A stretch of DNA of 64,000 nt from Thermoproteota archaeon (GTDB taxonomy: Archaea; Korarchaeota; Korarchaeia; Korarchaeales; Korarchaeaceae), in the NCBI GenBank assembly GCA_026986575.1, contig JALSOH010000004.1, positions 640,001 through 704,000 of the forward strand, read 5' to 3'. This document shows positions 9,719-18,892 of the stretch, piece after piece. Each line of letters begins with the position of its first letter. Position 1 is the stretch's first letter. A program made the position numbers and the translations under genes. The notes under the pieces were generated by a model, which made no database searches, was not told the origin of the DNA, and saw nothing but the letters and a program-made list of their open reading frames with translations.

Positions 9719-10346
9719 GAGAATCCTATGGAAGGATCTGAAGCTTGAGGCTAAGAACCTGCCGGAGCTGGGTGGAGCAGCCATATTTTCTGTAGCATCA
9801 TCCAGTCTACTAGGCTTCTCTATGAGCAGATTACCAGTTGAGGATCCCTTACCCCTAGCTGGAACTGGCCTCATGCTCATTGCGCTTTTCCTCTCGGTTT
9901 TCACGTCAGTCATGACTGTCGTGAGGGAGGAGGATTTGGGCACATTGGATGGGGTCAGAATGTCGCCTGTTGAACCGGTAACCTTCTTCTTGGCTAAGCT
10001 CCTACTAACCTTCTTCCTACTGGAGACCCTGATCACGCTGTCCTTCTTGACTACCTTGGGCTTGTCAGGCTGGACGGAGGGAGCGGTTTACCTCTATTCC
10101 CTCGTGGCCTCCTCAGGAGTTTATCTGGCGTCAATATCTGCTCTCTCCTCAGCTATTTCAGTCTACTTGAGAGCAAGAGGAGTTCTCCTACCGACGATTA
10201 TCCTCGTGCTGAGTCTCCCAATAATCCAAGAGACCCTCTCATTCCTGACCTCTGGGGATTACTCCCGTACCGTTATCTTGGCAGTTTCGGGTCTCCTATT
10301 CTCCCTGATCGCCTCTTGGTTGGCTGGTTACATTCTGGAGGTGTGA
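9702..10346 (+). CDS. ccmB: Heme exporter protein CcmB
   Basis: WKDLKLE, REEDLGTLD, FLAK and LLP..L..P motifs; multi-TM. Confidence 0.85.
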   Translation: MLLQVKRILWKDLKLEAKNLPELGGAAIFSVASSSLLGFSMSRLPVEDPLPLAGTGLMLIALFLSVFTSVMTVVREEDLGTLDGVRMSPVEPVTFFLAKLLLTFFLLETLITLSFLTTLGLSGWTEGAVYLYSLVASSGVYLASISALSSAISVYLRARGVLLPTIILVLSLPIIQETLSFLTSGDYSRTVILAVSGLLFSLIASWLAGYILEV

Positions 10347-10349
10347 ACT

Positions 10350-11417
10350 ATGAGGGTAAGCTATCAGAGCATCTTGGCCATCGTAATCGTGTTGACATCC
10401 GTAGGCCTCGGCCTCTTAGTCTCGTTCGGCGGCAAGAGTGCAGCCGTACGGGTCTCCGCAGGAGGGATAGATAGGCGGCTTAAGGAAGGAGTAGTAGCTG
10501 TCATGTTCTGGAGCGAGACCTGCTCATCCTGTGAGTTGATGAAGCCCTACTGGATGGTGGTGGAGAAGTCTCCACCTGAAGGAATCCGGGTAGTGGATGT
10601 GCCTCTCGTTCCCGGAGAGACTGACCGGCTCTTCATGGAGTACGGGATCACGGAGACCCCTACCTTCCTAGTCCTCAGGGACGGTGCGGTGGTGGCTAAG
10701 ATCGTGGGCCCGGTCCAGTCCGAGGACCCGGCCCTTTATTTCAGGGAGTGGATCGAATCGGCCGCTAAAATGACGGGTACCTCTAACGAGCAGGTCTCTG
10801 GATGGGGACCGGCCACCCTAGCCCTGCTTCCCATTTTGGGCGCACTAGTCGCTTTATCTCCATGCTCAGCGCCCATAGTCGCTGCTTACGCAACTATGGG
10901 AAGGGTAAGAGGAAAGGGAGATTACGCGGTCTGTTTAGGCTCCTCATTTGTCGGTACCATGGTCCTCGGTTCAATGATGGTCCTCGCAGCTTCCTTCGTG
11001 GCGGGCCTCATCAAAGGGTTGACCTTCGCCCTAGCTGTGGCTGTCATACTGTTTGGTTCGCTCACGATCTTTACTGCCTCTGAATCATGCCCCTTACCGG
11101 GCCAGAGGGTGAGAGGGTTACTATCATCCGGTCTTCCAGCAGCATGCTTTAGTTTCGGCTTGGTATCTTTCCAGTGCAGCCTACCGTTGCTCGCTGGCTA
11201 CATAGCACTCATAAGCGCAACCAGAGATGTGCTCGCAGGGGTTACGGGTGTAGCTCTACTCGCGCTGGGCATGGCAACAGCACTAGTCATCTCCCTTTAC
11301 CTAGCGAGGAGGGCGACAAGCGTATTCTCCAAAGTCATGAAGAATCCTGCTTGGCTAGAGAGAGTAAGTGGGGGCGTACTTGTGGCCTTGGGCATATATC
11401 TCTTACTTATGGGGTGA
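10350..11417 (+). CDS. Thioredoxin (CxxC) - CcdA/DsbD-beta fusion for apocytochrome thioreduction
   Basis: TM helix, then FWSETCSSC and cis-Pro TPT; C-terminal LSPCSAP and QCSLP with several TMs ending RVSGGVLVALG. Confidence 0.8.
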   Translation: MRVSYQSILAIVIVLTSVGLGLLVSFGGKSAAVRVSAGGIDRRLKEGVVAVMFWSETCSSCELMKPYWMVVEKSPPEGIRVVDVPLVPGETDRLFMEYGITETPTFLVLRDGAVVAKIVGPVQSEDPALYFREWIESAAKMTGTSNEQVSGWGPATLALLPILGALVALSPCSAPIVAAYATMGRVRGKGDYAVCLGSSFVGTMVLGSMMVLAASFVAGLIKGLTFALAVAVILFGSLTIFTASESCPLPGQRVRGLLSSGLPAACFSFGLVSFQCSLPLLAGYIALISATRDVLAGVTGVALLALGMATALVISLYLARRATSVFSKVMKNPAWLERVSGGVLVALGIYLLLMG

Positions 11418-11421
11418 ACTT

Positions 11422-14400
11422 ATGCACTACACAGGATTTATAGCCTTTTTGGGCGGTGTGATCCTCCTTGCCGATATTGCATACTCCTCTATCAAGGAGA
11501 AGGTAACCAAGCTTGGAATCGTATCATATTTAGTCCTCCTCGTCAATTGGTTCCTTTACGTAAGGGCCTTCGTGACTCAGGATTACACCCTCAAGCCCGT
11601 CTACGAAACATCCTCTATGGGACTTCCCCTCATATTCAAGATAGCCTCAAGTTGGTCCAGCGGTGGTGGTAGCCTTTTCCTCCTAACCACAGTCTTAACT
11701 TTCGTCGCCCTTATTCACAGAAGATATCATAAGGACCTTATACTGTCTACAGGTTATGGTGCACTGATACTCACATCGCTAGCATTGGCCTTCCTTAATG
11801 GAGCTTTCGAATCCTTCCCTATTAAGGTGGCCACTGGAATGGGGCTCAACCCTTTACTTAAGAGCCCTTGGATATACCCTCACCCCCTCTCCACTTTCAC
11901 AGCCTATGCATTAATCGCGGCCTCGGCGGCTTCGCTTTATAGCGGGCATGAAAAAGCTAGTGAGCTCTTGGCTAGGGCCGGTTGGCTCCTGTTGACCTTA
12001 GGAATAGCAATAGGTGGATATTGGAGCTATGTGACCTTCGGGTGGGGCGGCTACTGGGCTTGGGATCCAGTAGAAACGGCTGAACTTACTCCATGGCTTG
12101 CTCTAACGGCCTCTTTCCACGTGAAATCCCTTGACAGGAAGCTCTCATACGCTACTCAGATGACTGCCGCGGGAAGCGTCTATCTAGCCATATTAGTCAC
12201 GAGAGTTGGTATATCTCCCCTCCACAGCTTCGCCTCTCCTCAATCCCTAACGAGTGCGCTGACACTAATGCTGACCTTCCTCTTCATAGCTGAGGGAGTA
12301 AGGGGAGGATACAGGAGGTTGGGATCCGAGATAGGCAAGGTGATCAATAGCCCTTACAAGACGGGACTCACCTTATCTTACTTCTCCCTATTCATGATGT
12401 TCTTGGTGCTCTTTTCGGTACTCGCGGTGGGATCCATAGGCAGTACTTTGGGAATGAGTATCGATGTCCCTCAGATGGACTCAGGAATAGATTTCTTCCA
12501 CCCCATTCTCTTTCCATTCGCCCTCCTACTCATGGTATCCCTCCCGATGTGCACCTTGGGGGCGAGATTGGGATGGAGGGAGATACTGGGGTTAATAGAG
12601 GGCCTCTCAATAGTATCTGCCATCCTGCTCTATTTGACCTTCAGGAGGGACATCATCTGGTCACCATCGAGCTCGCTCACTACGAACTTAATTATATCGA
12701 TACTGCTCCCCTTCACAGTAGCTGGCCTCTTCTCTGGACTGGCGGCTCTCTACATCTACGCTAGGGACAGATTAAGTACTATGTCCTCCGTATCGCTGCT
12801 ACACGCTGCCATGGCCCTAACGATGCTCGGCATACTTATGAGCGGGCCCTTCGCTTATAACAGGTCCTACTTTAAGGATGTGATCCTTCCCTACGGTCAT
12901 AGGCTGGATATAGACGGATTGGGGGTGGAACTTAAGGGATACGAGTACAGCCTCTACGGCGGCAAGGTGGACGTCTACACCCCATATGTCGGGAAGTCGG
13001 ACATATACAAGAGAGCAAGCCTCATCATGCTCTCCTTAGCGATTAACTTCGGTGATGCCCTACGGGAGATGAAGGCGGGAGAGAAGCGGCTGGAAGAAGC
13101 GGGCATCTTGGGAATCTACAGAAGCCTTAAGGGGGGTGTTAAGATGGCTGGAAGCTACAGAGCCAATGCCAGTGCTGTCCTAACGGAAGTGACTAATGCA
13201 TCCAAGGAATCAAAGGACCTCGGTGAGGTATCTGTTTCCGTCTCAGATCCCATGATAGCGGCCTTCTTAGGTGCTAGCGGTAATGAGACCACCCTTAGGA
13301 TTATGGTTGTGGGAAACGTAACCCTTAGAGGGGACTTGGCTGAGATGAGAGCCTCTCCCACTGTTATGGTGAATCTCACGTTCCAGAGACCACTCCTCCT
13401 GACCGTCCCTAACGGAACTGTGGAGATAGGGAGGGCATCATTGGTATTCTTTGACATGCTGAAGCAAGGTCACTCTCTACCCCGGAACCTCAATGGTATA
13501 ATAGTAGCTCCAAACTCAACTCTCGTAATAGAGAAGGGCGTGTATCGCGGGGAGAGAGATGTAGATGTACCGGCAACTATGAGGGGAAGGGATGTGGTCC
13601 TGTATGTGGCGTTCACCCAAGGAACCATCTCATCTGACATTCTGAAAATACTAGAAGATCACGGTCTGTCCAGACTGCTCACCAACGGGACATTCACCTC
13701 TAAGCTGCTGAGTGACCTGCTTCCGGGGAACTGCAAGGAACTCATCCACGAGCGTCAAGAGGAGGCTATCAACTGCCTAGGATACCTTCCAATACCAAAG
13801 GAGCTGCCAGAGGGTGCAAAGCTCTCCCTCACGCTTGAGGCTGGAGGATCGAAGGAGCTGTTGGAGATAAGGTTCGACGCCAACGGCGAGGCTCAGGGCA
13901 TCCACGGTCTTGTCGCTCACGTGCTGACCCTACCTAGCGGTCTGGGCGACCTGTACATGGTGTTCCATCCTCCCGTCGTCAAGGACAAGAAATGGAGCAT
14001 AGGCTTCCACGAGCTAATGGTTTACTACCTTCACGAATCGTTCAGGGGGCTTAACGAGGAGCAGAAGCTTGCCTTAGCTTCTCTCTTCGCCTCCTCCTAC
14101 TTGGGTCAGTCCGTCCAGGAGGAGATGATGATCCCCTACACGTTGGACCTCTACGACTTGGCCCAAAGCTTCGACCCCTCTAACTCGACCCTCATGACCT
14201 CAGGCGCGTTCCTCCAAGTGAAGGTGATACCGTACGTCCAGTTGCTGTGGTGGGGGATAATCCTAATGGTCCTTTCAGAGCTCTACCTGATTATAGAGGG
14301 GCTGAGGAGATCCAAAACGACCTCAGCTCCCAAGGAACAGCAGACCGACTTGGGCCGGGAGCCAGAGGGAGATGGGAATGGTGAGCCCGGGGAGGGATCT

Positions 14401-14433
14401 CCCAGCCCTGTAAAGGGTCCAGAGAGTCAGTAA
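11422..14433 (+). CDS. ccmF: Cytochrome c synthetase CcmF, unusually long (about 1003 aa)
   Basis: GLNPLL..PW..HP, WWD motif WSYVTFGWGGYWAWDPVET, SPLHSFA, and terminal VIPYVQLLWWG. Probable start is ATG 11422, after GGGGTGA. Confidence 0.88.
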   Translation: MHYTGFIAFLGGVILLADIAYSSIKEKVTKLGIVSYLVLLVNWFLYVRAFVTQDYTLKPVYETSSMGLPLIFKIASSWSSGGGSLFLLTTVLTFVALIHRRYHKDLILSTGYGALILTSLALAFLNGAFESFPIKVATGMGLNPLLKSPWIYPHPLSTFTAYALIAASAASLYSGHEKASELLARAGWLLLTLGIAIGGYWSYVTFGWGGYWAWDPVETAELTPWLALTASFHVKSLDRKLSYATQMTAAGSVYLAILVTRVGISPLHSFASPQSLTSALTLMLTFLFIAEGVRGGYRRLGSEIGKVINSPYKTGLTLSYFSLFMMFLVLFSVLAVGSIGSTLGMSIDVPQMDSGIDFFHPILFPFALLLMVSLPMCTLGARLGWREILGLIEGLSIVSAILLYLTFRRDIIWSPSSSLTTNLIISILLPFTVAGLFSGLAALYIYARDRLSTMSSVSLLHAAMALTMLGILMSGPFAYNRSYFKDVILPYGHRLDIDGLGVELKGYEYSLYGGKVDVYTPYVGKSDIYKRASLIMLSLAINFGDALREMKAGEKRLEEAGILGIYRSLKGGVKMAGSYRANASAVLTEVTNASKESKDLGEVSVSVSDPMIAAFLGASGNETTLRIMVVGNVTLRGDLAEMRASPTVMVNLTFQRPLLLTVPNGTVEIGRASLVFFDMLKQGHSLPRNLNGIIVAPNSTLVIEKGVYRGERDVDVPATMRGRDVVLYVAFTQGTISSDILKILEDHGLSRLLTNGTFTSKLLSDLLPGNCKELIHERQEEAINCLGYLPIPKELPEGAKLSLTLEAGGSKELLEIRFDANGEAQGIHGLVAHVLTLPSGLGDLYMVFHPPVVKDKKWSIGFHELMVYYLHESFRGLNEEQKLALASLFASSYLGQSVQEEMMIPYTLDLYDLAQSFDPSNSTLMTSGAFLQVKVIPYVQLLWWGIILMVLSELYLIIEGLRRSKTTSAPKEQQTDLGREPEGDGNGEPGEGSPSPVKGPESQ

Positions 14434-15090
14434 GATACCCGCATTAAGGGCTGTCAGGGGTAAGATAGATAGGTATATGGGAAGAGACCTGAATGAGACC
14501 GCTGCAGCCATGGAATAGCAGAACACATCCCCCACCCCCATAGAGACATCTCCGTGGAACACCATTAGGGGATCTAAGGGGTCCTCTTGGGAGACCATCA
14601 GAAGCTCGCTCAACGGTCCCCTGAAGACCGAATAAGCATCGTATAGGGCGAGACCTCCGAGAAGGAAGTATATGAAGAGGTCGTTAAAGAAGACCACGAA
14701 GAGATATGCAAGTGAAGCTGATAGGAGCGACTTAGCCAAATTACCTATTAGGTCTCTTCTAAAGCTCAGCCAGGCGATTAAGACGGATAGGAGCAGCTCT
14801 AGGGGCCAGGGAAATGATATGAAGGCGCTTATAAGAGTACCCAGAGAGATAAGCGTCGAATAAACGAAGAAGACACCGGTCATGATCCGTATCAGCCGAA
14901 CCATCTTTCTCCTGACTAGGTAAACCATCAGGACGGCCATACCGAATACCAGCACTATGTAGGCTAGGGAGAGGCCAGCAGACTCTTGAACAGATAGTTC
15001 GACTTCTGGCTGGGGTCTAGTGCTTAACACCACTAGTCCAGCAAATATCTCGGCCAGAAGAGGCCAGAGAATAACAGAATATCTCTTCAC
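14323..15090 (-). CDS. Presenilin/signal-peptide-peptidase family intramembrane aspartyl protease (PSH-like)
   Basis: Catalytic YD (LALYDAYSV), GxGD (MGVGDV) and PAL-like LPGL; multi-TM. Confidence 0.8.
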   Translation of the reverse strand: MKRYSVILWPLLAEIFAGLVVLSTRPQPEVELSVQESAGLSLAYIVLVFGMAVLMVYLVRRKMVRLIRIMTGVFFVYSTLISLGTLISAFISFPWPLELLLSVLIAWLSFRRDLIGNLAKSLLSASLAYLFVVFFNDLFIYFLLGGLALYDAYSVFRGPLSELLMVSQEDPLDPLMVFHGDVSMGVGDVFCYSMAAAVSFRSLPIYLSILPLTALNAGILLTLWTLYRAGRSLPGLTIPISLWLPAQVGLLFLGS

Positions 15091-15197
15091 CGCTAACCTC
15101 CTACCTCCCGATTACCTGTCCACTTGATGACCACAACTGGCCAAGAGGTTTAAATTTCTTTACAAGTGAGTAGGAGCTGACAGGGTGCTTAAAAATA

Positions 15198-16208
15198 TTG
15201 AAGGAGGAGGTAGTGGCTGCCGAAAACCTCAGAAAAAGCTATGAAACCTACCTTAGGAGGGGGCTATTTAATAGGGAGAAGAAGGTCGTGGAGGCTCTGA
15301 AGGGAGTTTCCTTCCGCATATACCGAGGCGAGGTATTCGGGCTGCTCGGACCCAATGGAGCTGGGAAGACGACTACTGTGAAGATACTCAGTACCCTCCT
15401 CCTGCCTGATTCGGGAAAGGCCACGGTCTTGGGATACGATGTCGTCAAGGAAGCCGTTGAGGTGAGGAGGAGGATAGGTGTCTCTCTAACAGTAGAAAAG
15501 GGGTTCTTCTGGAAGCTGACAGGAAGGGAGAACCTGATGTACTTCGGAATGCTTTACGGCATGGATGGAGCAGAACTCAAACAGAGGGTTCAGAAGATGC
15601 TGGAGCTAGTTGGACTGGAGGAGCTGGGTTCATCGGATAAGCTCTATGAGGAATACTCTCTCGGTATGAAAGCTAGGCTGAGCATAGCCAGAGCCCTGCT
15701 CACCGATCCCGAGCTGCTGATACTAGACGAGCCCACCCTAGGACTGGATCCCCCGTCGGCAAGGCTGTTGAGAGAGCTCCTGATAAAGGTGGCCCATCAA
15801 GAGGGGAAAACCGTCCTGATAACGACACATAACATGTTTGAAGTAGAGATAGTGTGCGATAGACTGGCCATAATAAACGAAGGAATTATAGTGGCCATGG
15901 ACACGGTAGATGGCTTGAAGGATCTCGTATCCGAGGAGATAACCCTCGAGATGCTGGTGGTGCTGCCAGCTAGGGTCAGCCTCAAACAGCTCAGGGAGGA
16001 GATATCCGAAGTAGTATCTAGCAGGGTGGAGGTCGATCCGACGGAGGAAGGCACTAGGATCAGGGTGGTCATGAGGCCCTTAGAGAAGGAGCAGGCCACT
16101 CAAGAGATGCTCAGAAGGTTACATTCCATGGGATGCTCCGTGAGGAGGATAGAGGTGAAGGAGCCCACCCTAGAGGACGTCTTCATCGAACTCACGGGGG
16201 GGAAGTGA
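15198..16208 (+). CDS. ABC-2 type exporter ATP-binding subunit
   Basis: GPNGAGKT, YSLGM, LILDEPT, TTH, and C-terminal EPTLEDVF. Confidence 0.92.
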   Translation: MKEEVVAAENLRKSYETYLRRGLFNREKKVVEALKGVSFRIYRGEVFGLLGPNGAGKTTTVKILSTLLLPDSGKATVLGYDVVKEAVEVRRRIGVSLTVEKGFFWKLTGRENLMYFGMLYGMDGAELKQRVQKMLELVGLEELGSSDKLYEEYSLGMKARLSIARALLTDPELLILDEPTLGLDPPSARLLRELLIKVAHQEGKTVLITTHNMFEVEIVCDRLAIINEGIIVAMDTVDGLKDLVSEEITLEMLVVLPARVSLKQLREEISEVVSSRVEVDPTEEGTRIRVVMRPLEKEQATQEMLRRLHSMGCSVRRIEVKEPTLEDVFIELTGGK

Positions 16209-16209
16209 G

Positions 16210-17022
16210 ATGGGCCTGTGGACCCTCCTGAAATCGGGGCTGATTCTGGACATATACTTCTTCAAGAACAACAGGGCTCAGCTGGTCTCGATGTTTGCCT
16301 GGCCTTACATACTCCTGACGCTCATGCTCGGCATGGGTTTCTTATTCGGATCCGCGGAGACCTTCAAGTCCAACGTGGGAGTCGAGGCGGATCCCGTGGT
16401 GTTCTTCGTCGCCTCCACGCTGATAGCAATGGCCTCCTTGTCGGTCATGTGGGAGGTCGGGGGCACGGTCCTCTACCACAGGTGGATAGGGACCCTCCCT
16501 TACATGCTGATCGCCCCCTATAGGACTTCAGTAACGCTGGTGATGTCCTACATACCCAGGTATCTTCTGTGGTCCTTCATGCAGCTCGCTGAATTCGTCC
16601 CCGTGCTCATATGGAGAGAGGGCCTAGTTGGAGGACTGTCCGACACGCTGGTGATGGGTTTGGCCATCGTCGTAGGGATGTTGCCCCTTCTGGGGTTCGC
16701 AGCGATATTCGGTTCCTTTCTTCTTACGATAAAGGAGGAGACTAACGTGCTCAGCTGGCTCAACCCCATAATTCTGATACTGTCGGGAGCCTTCTACCCT
16801 GCCTATCTCTTCCCGATCTGGGCCAGGTTCCTCTCCATTCTCCTGCCGACCACCTATACGTTCGAACTCGCCCGTCTCTCATCACTACTTGGGGCGCCGA
16901 AACTCGCTGAAATGACATTCCTGATAGCCGTGTTGCTGGGAATGTCCTTCCTTTACAACGCTCTGTCATTCACCCTCATGGGTAAGGCTGAGAGGAGGGC
17001 CCTGAAGAGCGGGGCGGTGTGA
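16210..17022 (+). CDS. ABC-2 type exporter permease
   Basis: Six-TM pattern with GTL and LSGAFYP..FP motifs. Confidence 0.85.
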   Translation: MGLWTLLKSGLILDIYFFKNNRAQLVSMFAWPYILLTLMLGMGFLFGSAETFKSNVGVEADPVVFFVASTLIAMASLSVMWEVGGTVLYHRWIGTLPYMLIAPYRTSVTLVMSYIPRYLLWSFMQLAEFVPVLIWREGLVGGLSDTLVMGLAIVVGMLPLLGFAAIFGSFLLTIKEETNVLSWLNPIILILSGAFYPAYLFPIWARFLSILLPTTYTFELARLSSLLGAPKLAEMTFLIAVLLGMSFLYNALSFTLMGKAERRALKSGAV

Positions 17023-17025
17023 TCC

Positions 17026-17814
17026 ATGTGGGTGAAGGTGAAGGCGGTAATCTGGCTCCACACCTTGAGGCTGTGGAGGTACGGGATGAGTTTCATCAAC
17101 ATGATACTCTCTCAAGTACTCTGGATCCTCTTATTCATAATGGGCGTCCTCCTGTTCGTACCTTCCGAGCACCTGACCGTTGCACTGAGGATGGCCTACT
17201 GGACCATTGCAGCCTGGAGCGTCATATCCAGCTTCTCCTCACTCGTTGGGGGATGGACCTCCTTCTTCATTCTCATGGGAATGGTAGAGGAGCACCTGCT
17301 CAGGAACACTTCTCCCTTCACCACGATCATCGGAAGGGTCCTCACGGGGACCACAGTTTCTTTCGCCATAATAATAGCAATGGGCTACGCCTTCGGCTGG
17401 ATATTTGGTAGGGTTCTCATGACCGTCGAATGGCCATCTCTGATGCTCTCAGCCTTCGCTCTGCTTATCGTGGAGAGTCTCTCCTATGCCCTCTCAATCT
17501 CGGCCACTTCCATGAGGACGAGCATATCCGAGCAGTTCTTGGAGATACTCAACTTCGGAATAATCGGGCTGCTGATAGTTCCCGTTAGTGTCCTGCCTGA
17601 GTACGCCAGGCTGATCTACCTAGCGATCCCGTATGTAGCGCCCACCTACATGATCAAGGTTTCCGTGGGTGGTGAGAATCCCATCCTCATGAGGGAAGCC
17701 GTGTTGATAAGCGTTGTCGAGTCGATATTGATGGCCTTCATAGCACTCAGACTCATAAGATCCGTGGAGGAGCATATAAGGAGGAATGGGGTTAGAGCGG
17801 TTGGTTTCTGGTGA
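17026..17814 (+). CDS. ABC-2 type exporter permease (second subunit)
   Basis: Multi-TM, P...LP..A...IP motif; in an operon with the two preceding genes. Confidence 0.8.
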   Translation: MWVKVKAVIWLHTLRLWRYGMSFINMILSQVLWILLFIMGVLLFVPSEHLTVALRMAYWTIAAWSVISSFSSLVGGWTSFFILMGMVEEHLLRNTSPFTTIIGRVLTGTTVSFAIIIAMGYAFGWIFGRVLMTVEWPSLMLSAFALLIVESLSYALSISATSMRTSISEQFLEILNFGIIGLLIVPVSVLPEYARLIYLAIPYVAPTYMIKVSVGGENPILMREAVLISVVESILMAFIALRLIRSVEEHIRRNGVRAVGFW

Positions 17815-17850
17815 TGTAAAACGCTTTAAATCCCAGATGGGTGATGGGAT

Positions 17851-18327
17851 ATGTCAGAGCTGACTGAGGGTTCTGAAGCACCTGATTTCTGCCTGCCCGA
17901 TCAAGACGGACAGGAGGTCTGCCTGAGTGAGTACAGGGGTAAGTGGGTGATCTTGTACTTCTACCCAAAGGACAACACGCGTGGGTGCACTCAGGAAGCC
18001 AAGGACTTCACCACCTTAATTGAGGAGTTCGAGAGACTCGGAGCCGTTATACTTGGAGTGAGCCCGGACTCTGTGAGGAGTCATAAGAGGTTCCAAGAGA
18101 AGCACGGACTAAGGGTCAGGCTCCTCAGCGATCCGGAGAAGGAGGTGATACGGAAGTACGGAGCATGGGGGAAGAAGAAAATGGCAGGCAGGGAGTACTT
18201 CGGGGTGATCAGGAGCACCTTCCTCATTGACCCCGAAGGCACGGTGAGGAAGGTTTGGCCCAAGGTCAAGGTGAAGGGGCACGCTGAAGAGGTCTTAAAC
18301 ACCCTTAAATCCCTCATTTCTTCCTAG
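17851..18327 (+). CDS. bcp: Thioredoxin-dependent peroxiredoxin (BCP/PrxQ)
   Basis: LYFYPKDNTRGCTQEA and RSTFLID. Confidence 0.93.
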   Translation: MSELTEGSEAPDFCLPDQDGQEVCLSEYRGKWVILYFYPKDNTRGCTQEAKDFTTLIEEFERLGAVILGVSPDSVRSHKRFQEKHGLRVRLLSDPEKEVIRKYGAWGKKKMAGREYFGVIRSTFLIDPEGTVRKVWPKVKVKGHAEEVLNTLKSLISS

Positions 18328-18892
18328 CCACTAAGAGGTAGCTCCCCATGCTCCCCTCCCTAGCCTCCTCTATTACCAAACCCAAGCCCTCAACTATATC
18401 CTTTGCCTCATTTAATGAGTAGAAGTCCGAGGAGATGCCGAACAGCCTCTCAATCACTCTCAACAGCTTGGTCGTAAGCTTGCTCCCATCGAAATCGAAC
18501 ACCGCTAGCAACCCACCTTTTCTGAGGACCCTCACTCCTTCCCTTAGGGCCTCGATCTTCTTGGGTATGTGGTGGAGGGAATCGAAGAAGTAAACGAGAT
18601 CGAAGTAGGAATCCCTGAAGGGGAGACTGGAGGCATCTCCCACGACGACGTGGACTCTCGAGGAGCCCAGTCTCCCCCATGCCTTCTCGGCCATCGCTCC
18701 CTCAATCTCTAAAAGGAAAGCCTCGTTCACGTGGGGGGATATCAGCTCGGCAGCTATTCCGTAGCCAGCCCCGACATCGAGGACCCTCCCCGCTCTCCTC
18801 TCCCTAACCAATTCCACTAGGGGCGTGTAGAATCCCTTCACCTTAGGTGTGGAGTAAACCAGCCTATACGCCAAGGGCTCCCTGTCTCTCAT
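18314..18892 (-). CDS. Class I SAM-dependent methyltransferase
   Basis: VLDVGAGYG, GDASSLPF...FD and LHH...VLRKGG. Confidence 0.88.
   Translation of the reverse strand: MRDREPLAYRLVYSTPKVKGFYTPLVELVRERRAGRVLDVGAGYGIAAELISPHVNEAFLLEIEGAMAEKAWGRLGSSRVHVVVGDASSLPFRDSYFDLVYFFDSLHHIPKKIEALREGVRVLRKGGLLAVFDFDGSKLTTKLLRVIERLFGISSDFYSLNEAKDIVEGLGLVIEEAREGSMGSYLLVARKK

Noticed and set aside
11368-11421. ORF-track start of ccmF at 11368
   Set aside because: It overlaps the preceding gene; ATG 11422 has a proper GGGGTGA SD
15124-15180. TGATGA...CTGA spacing resembling a C/D box sRNA
   Set aside because: No convincing internal D'/C' boxes, and the interval contains the TTTAAA promoter element of the divergent genes
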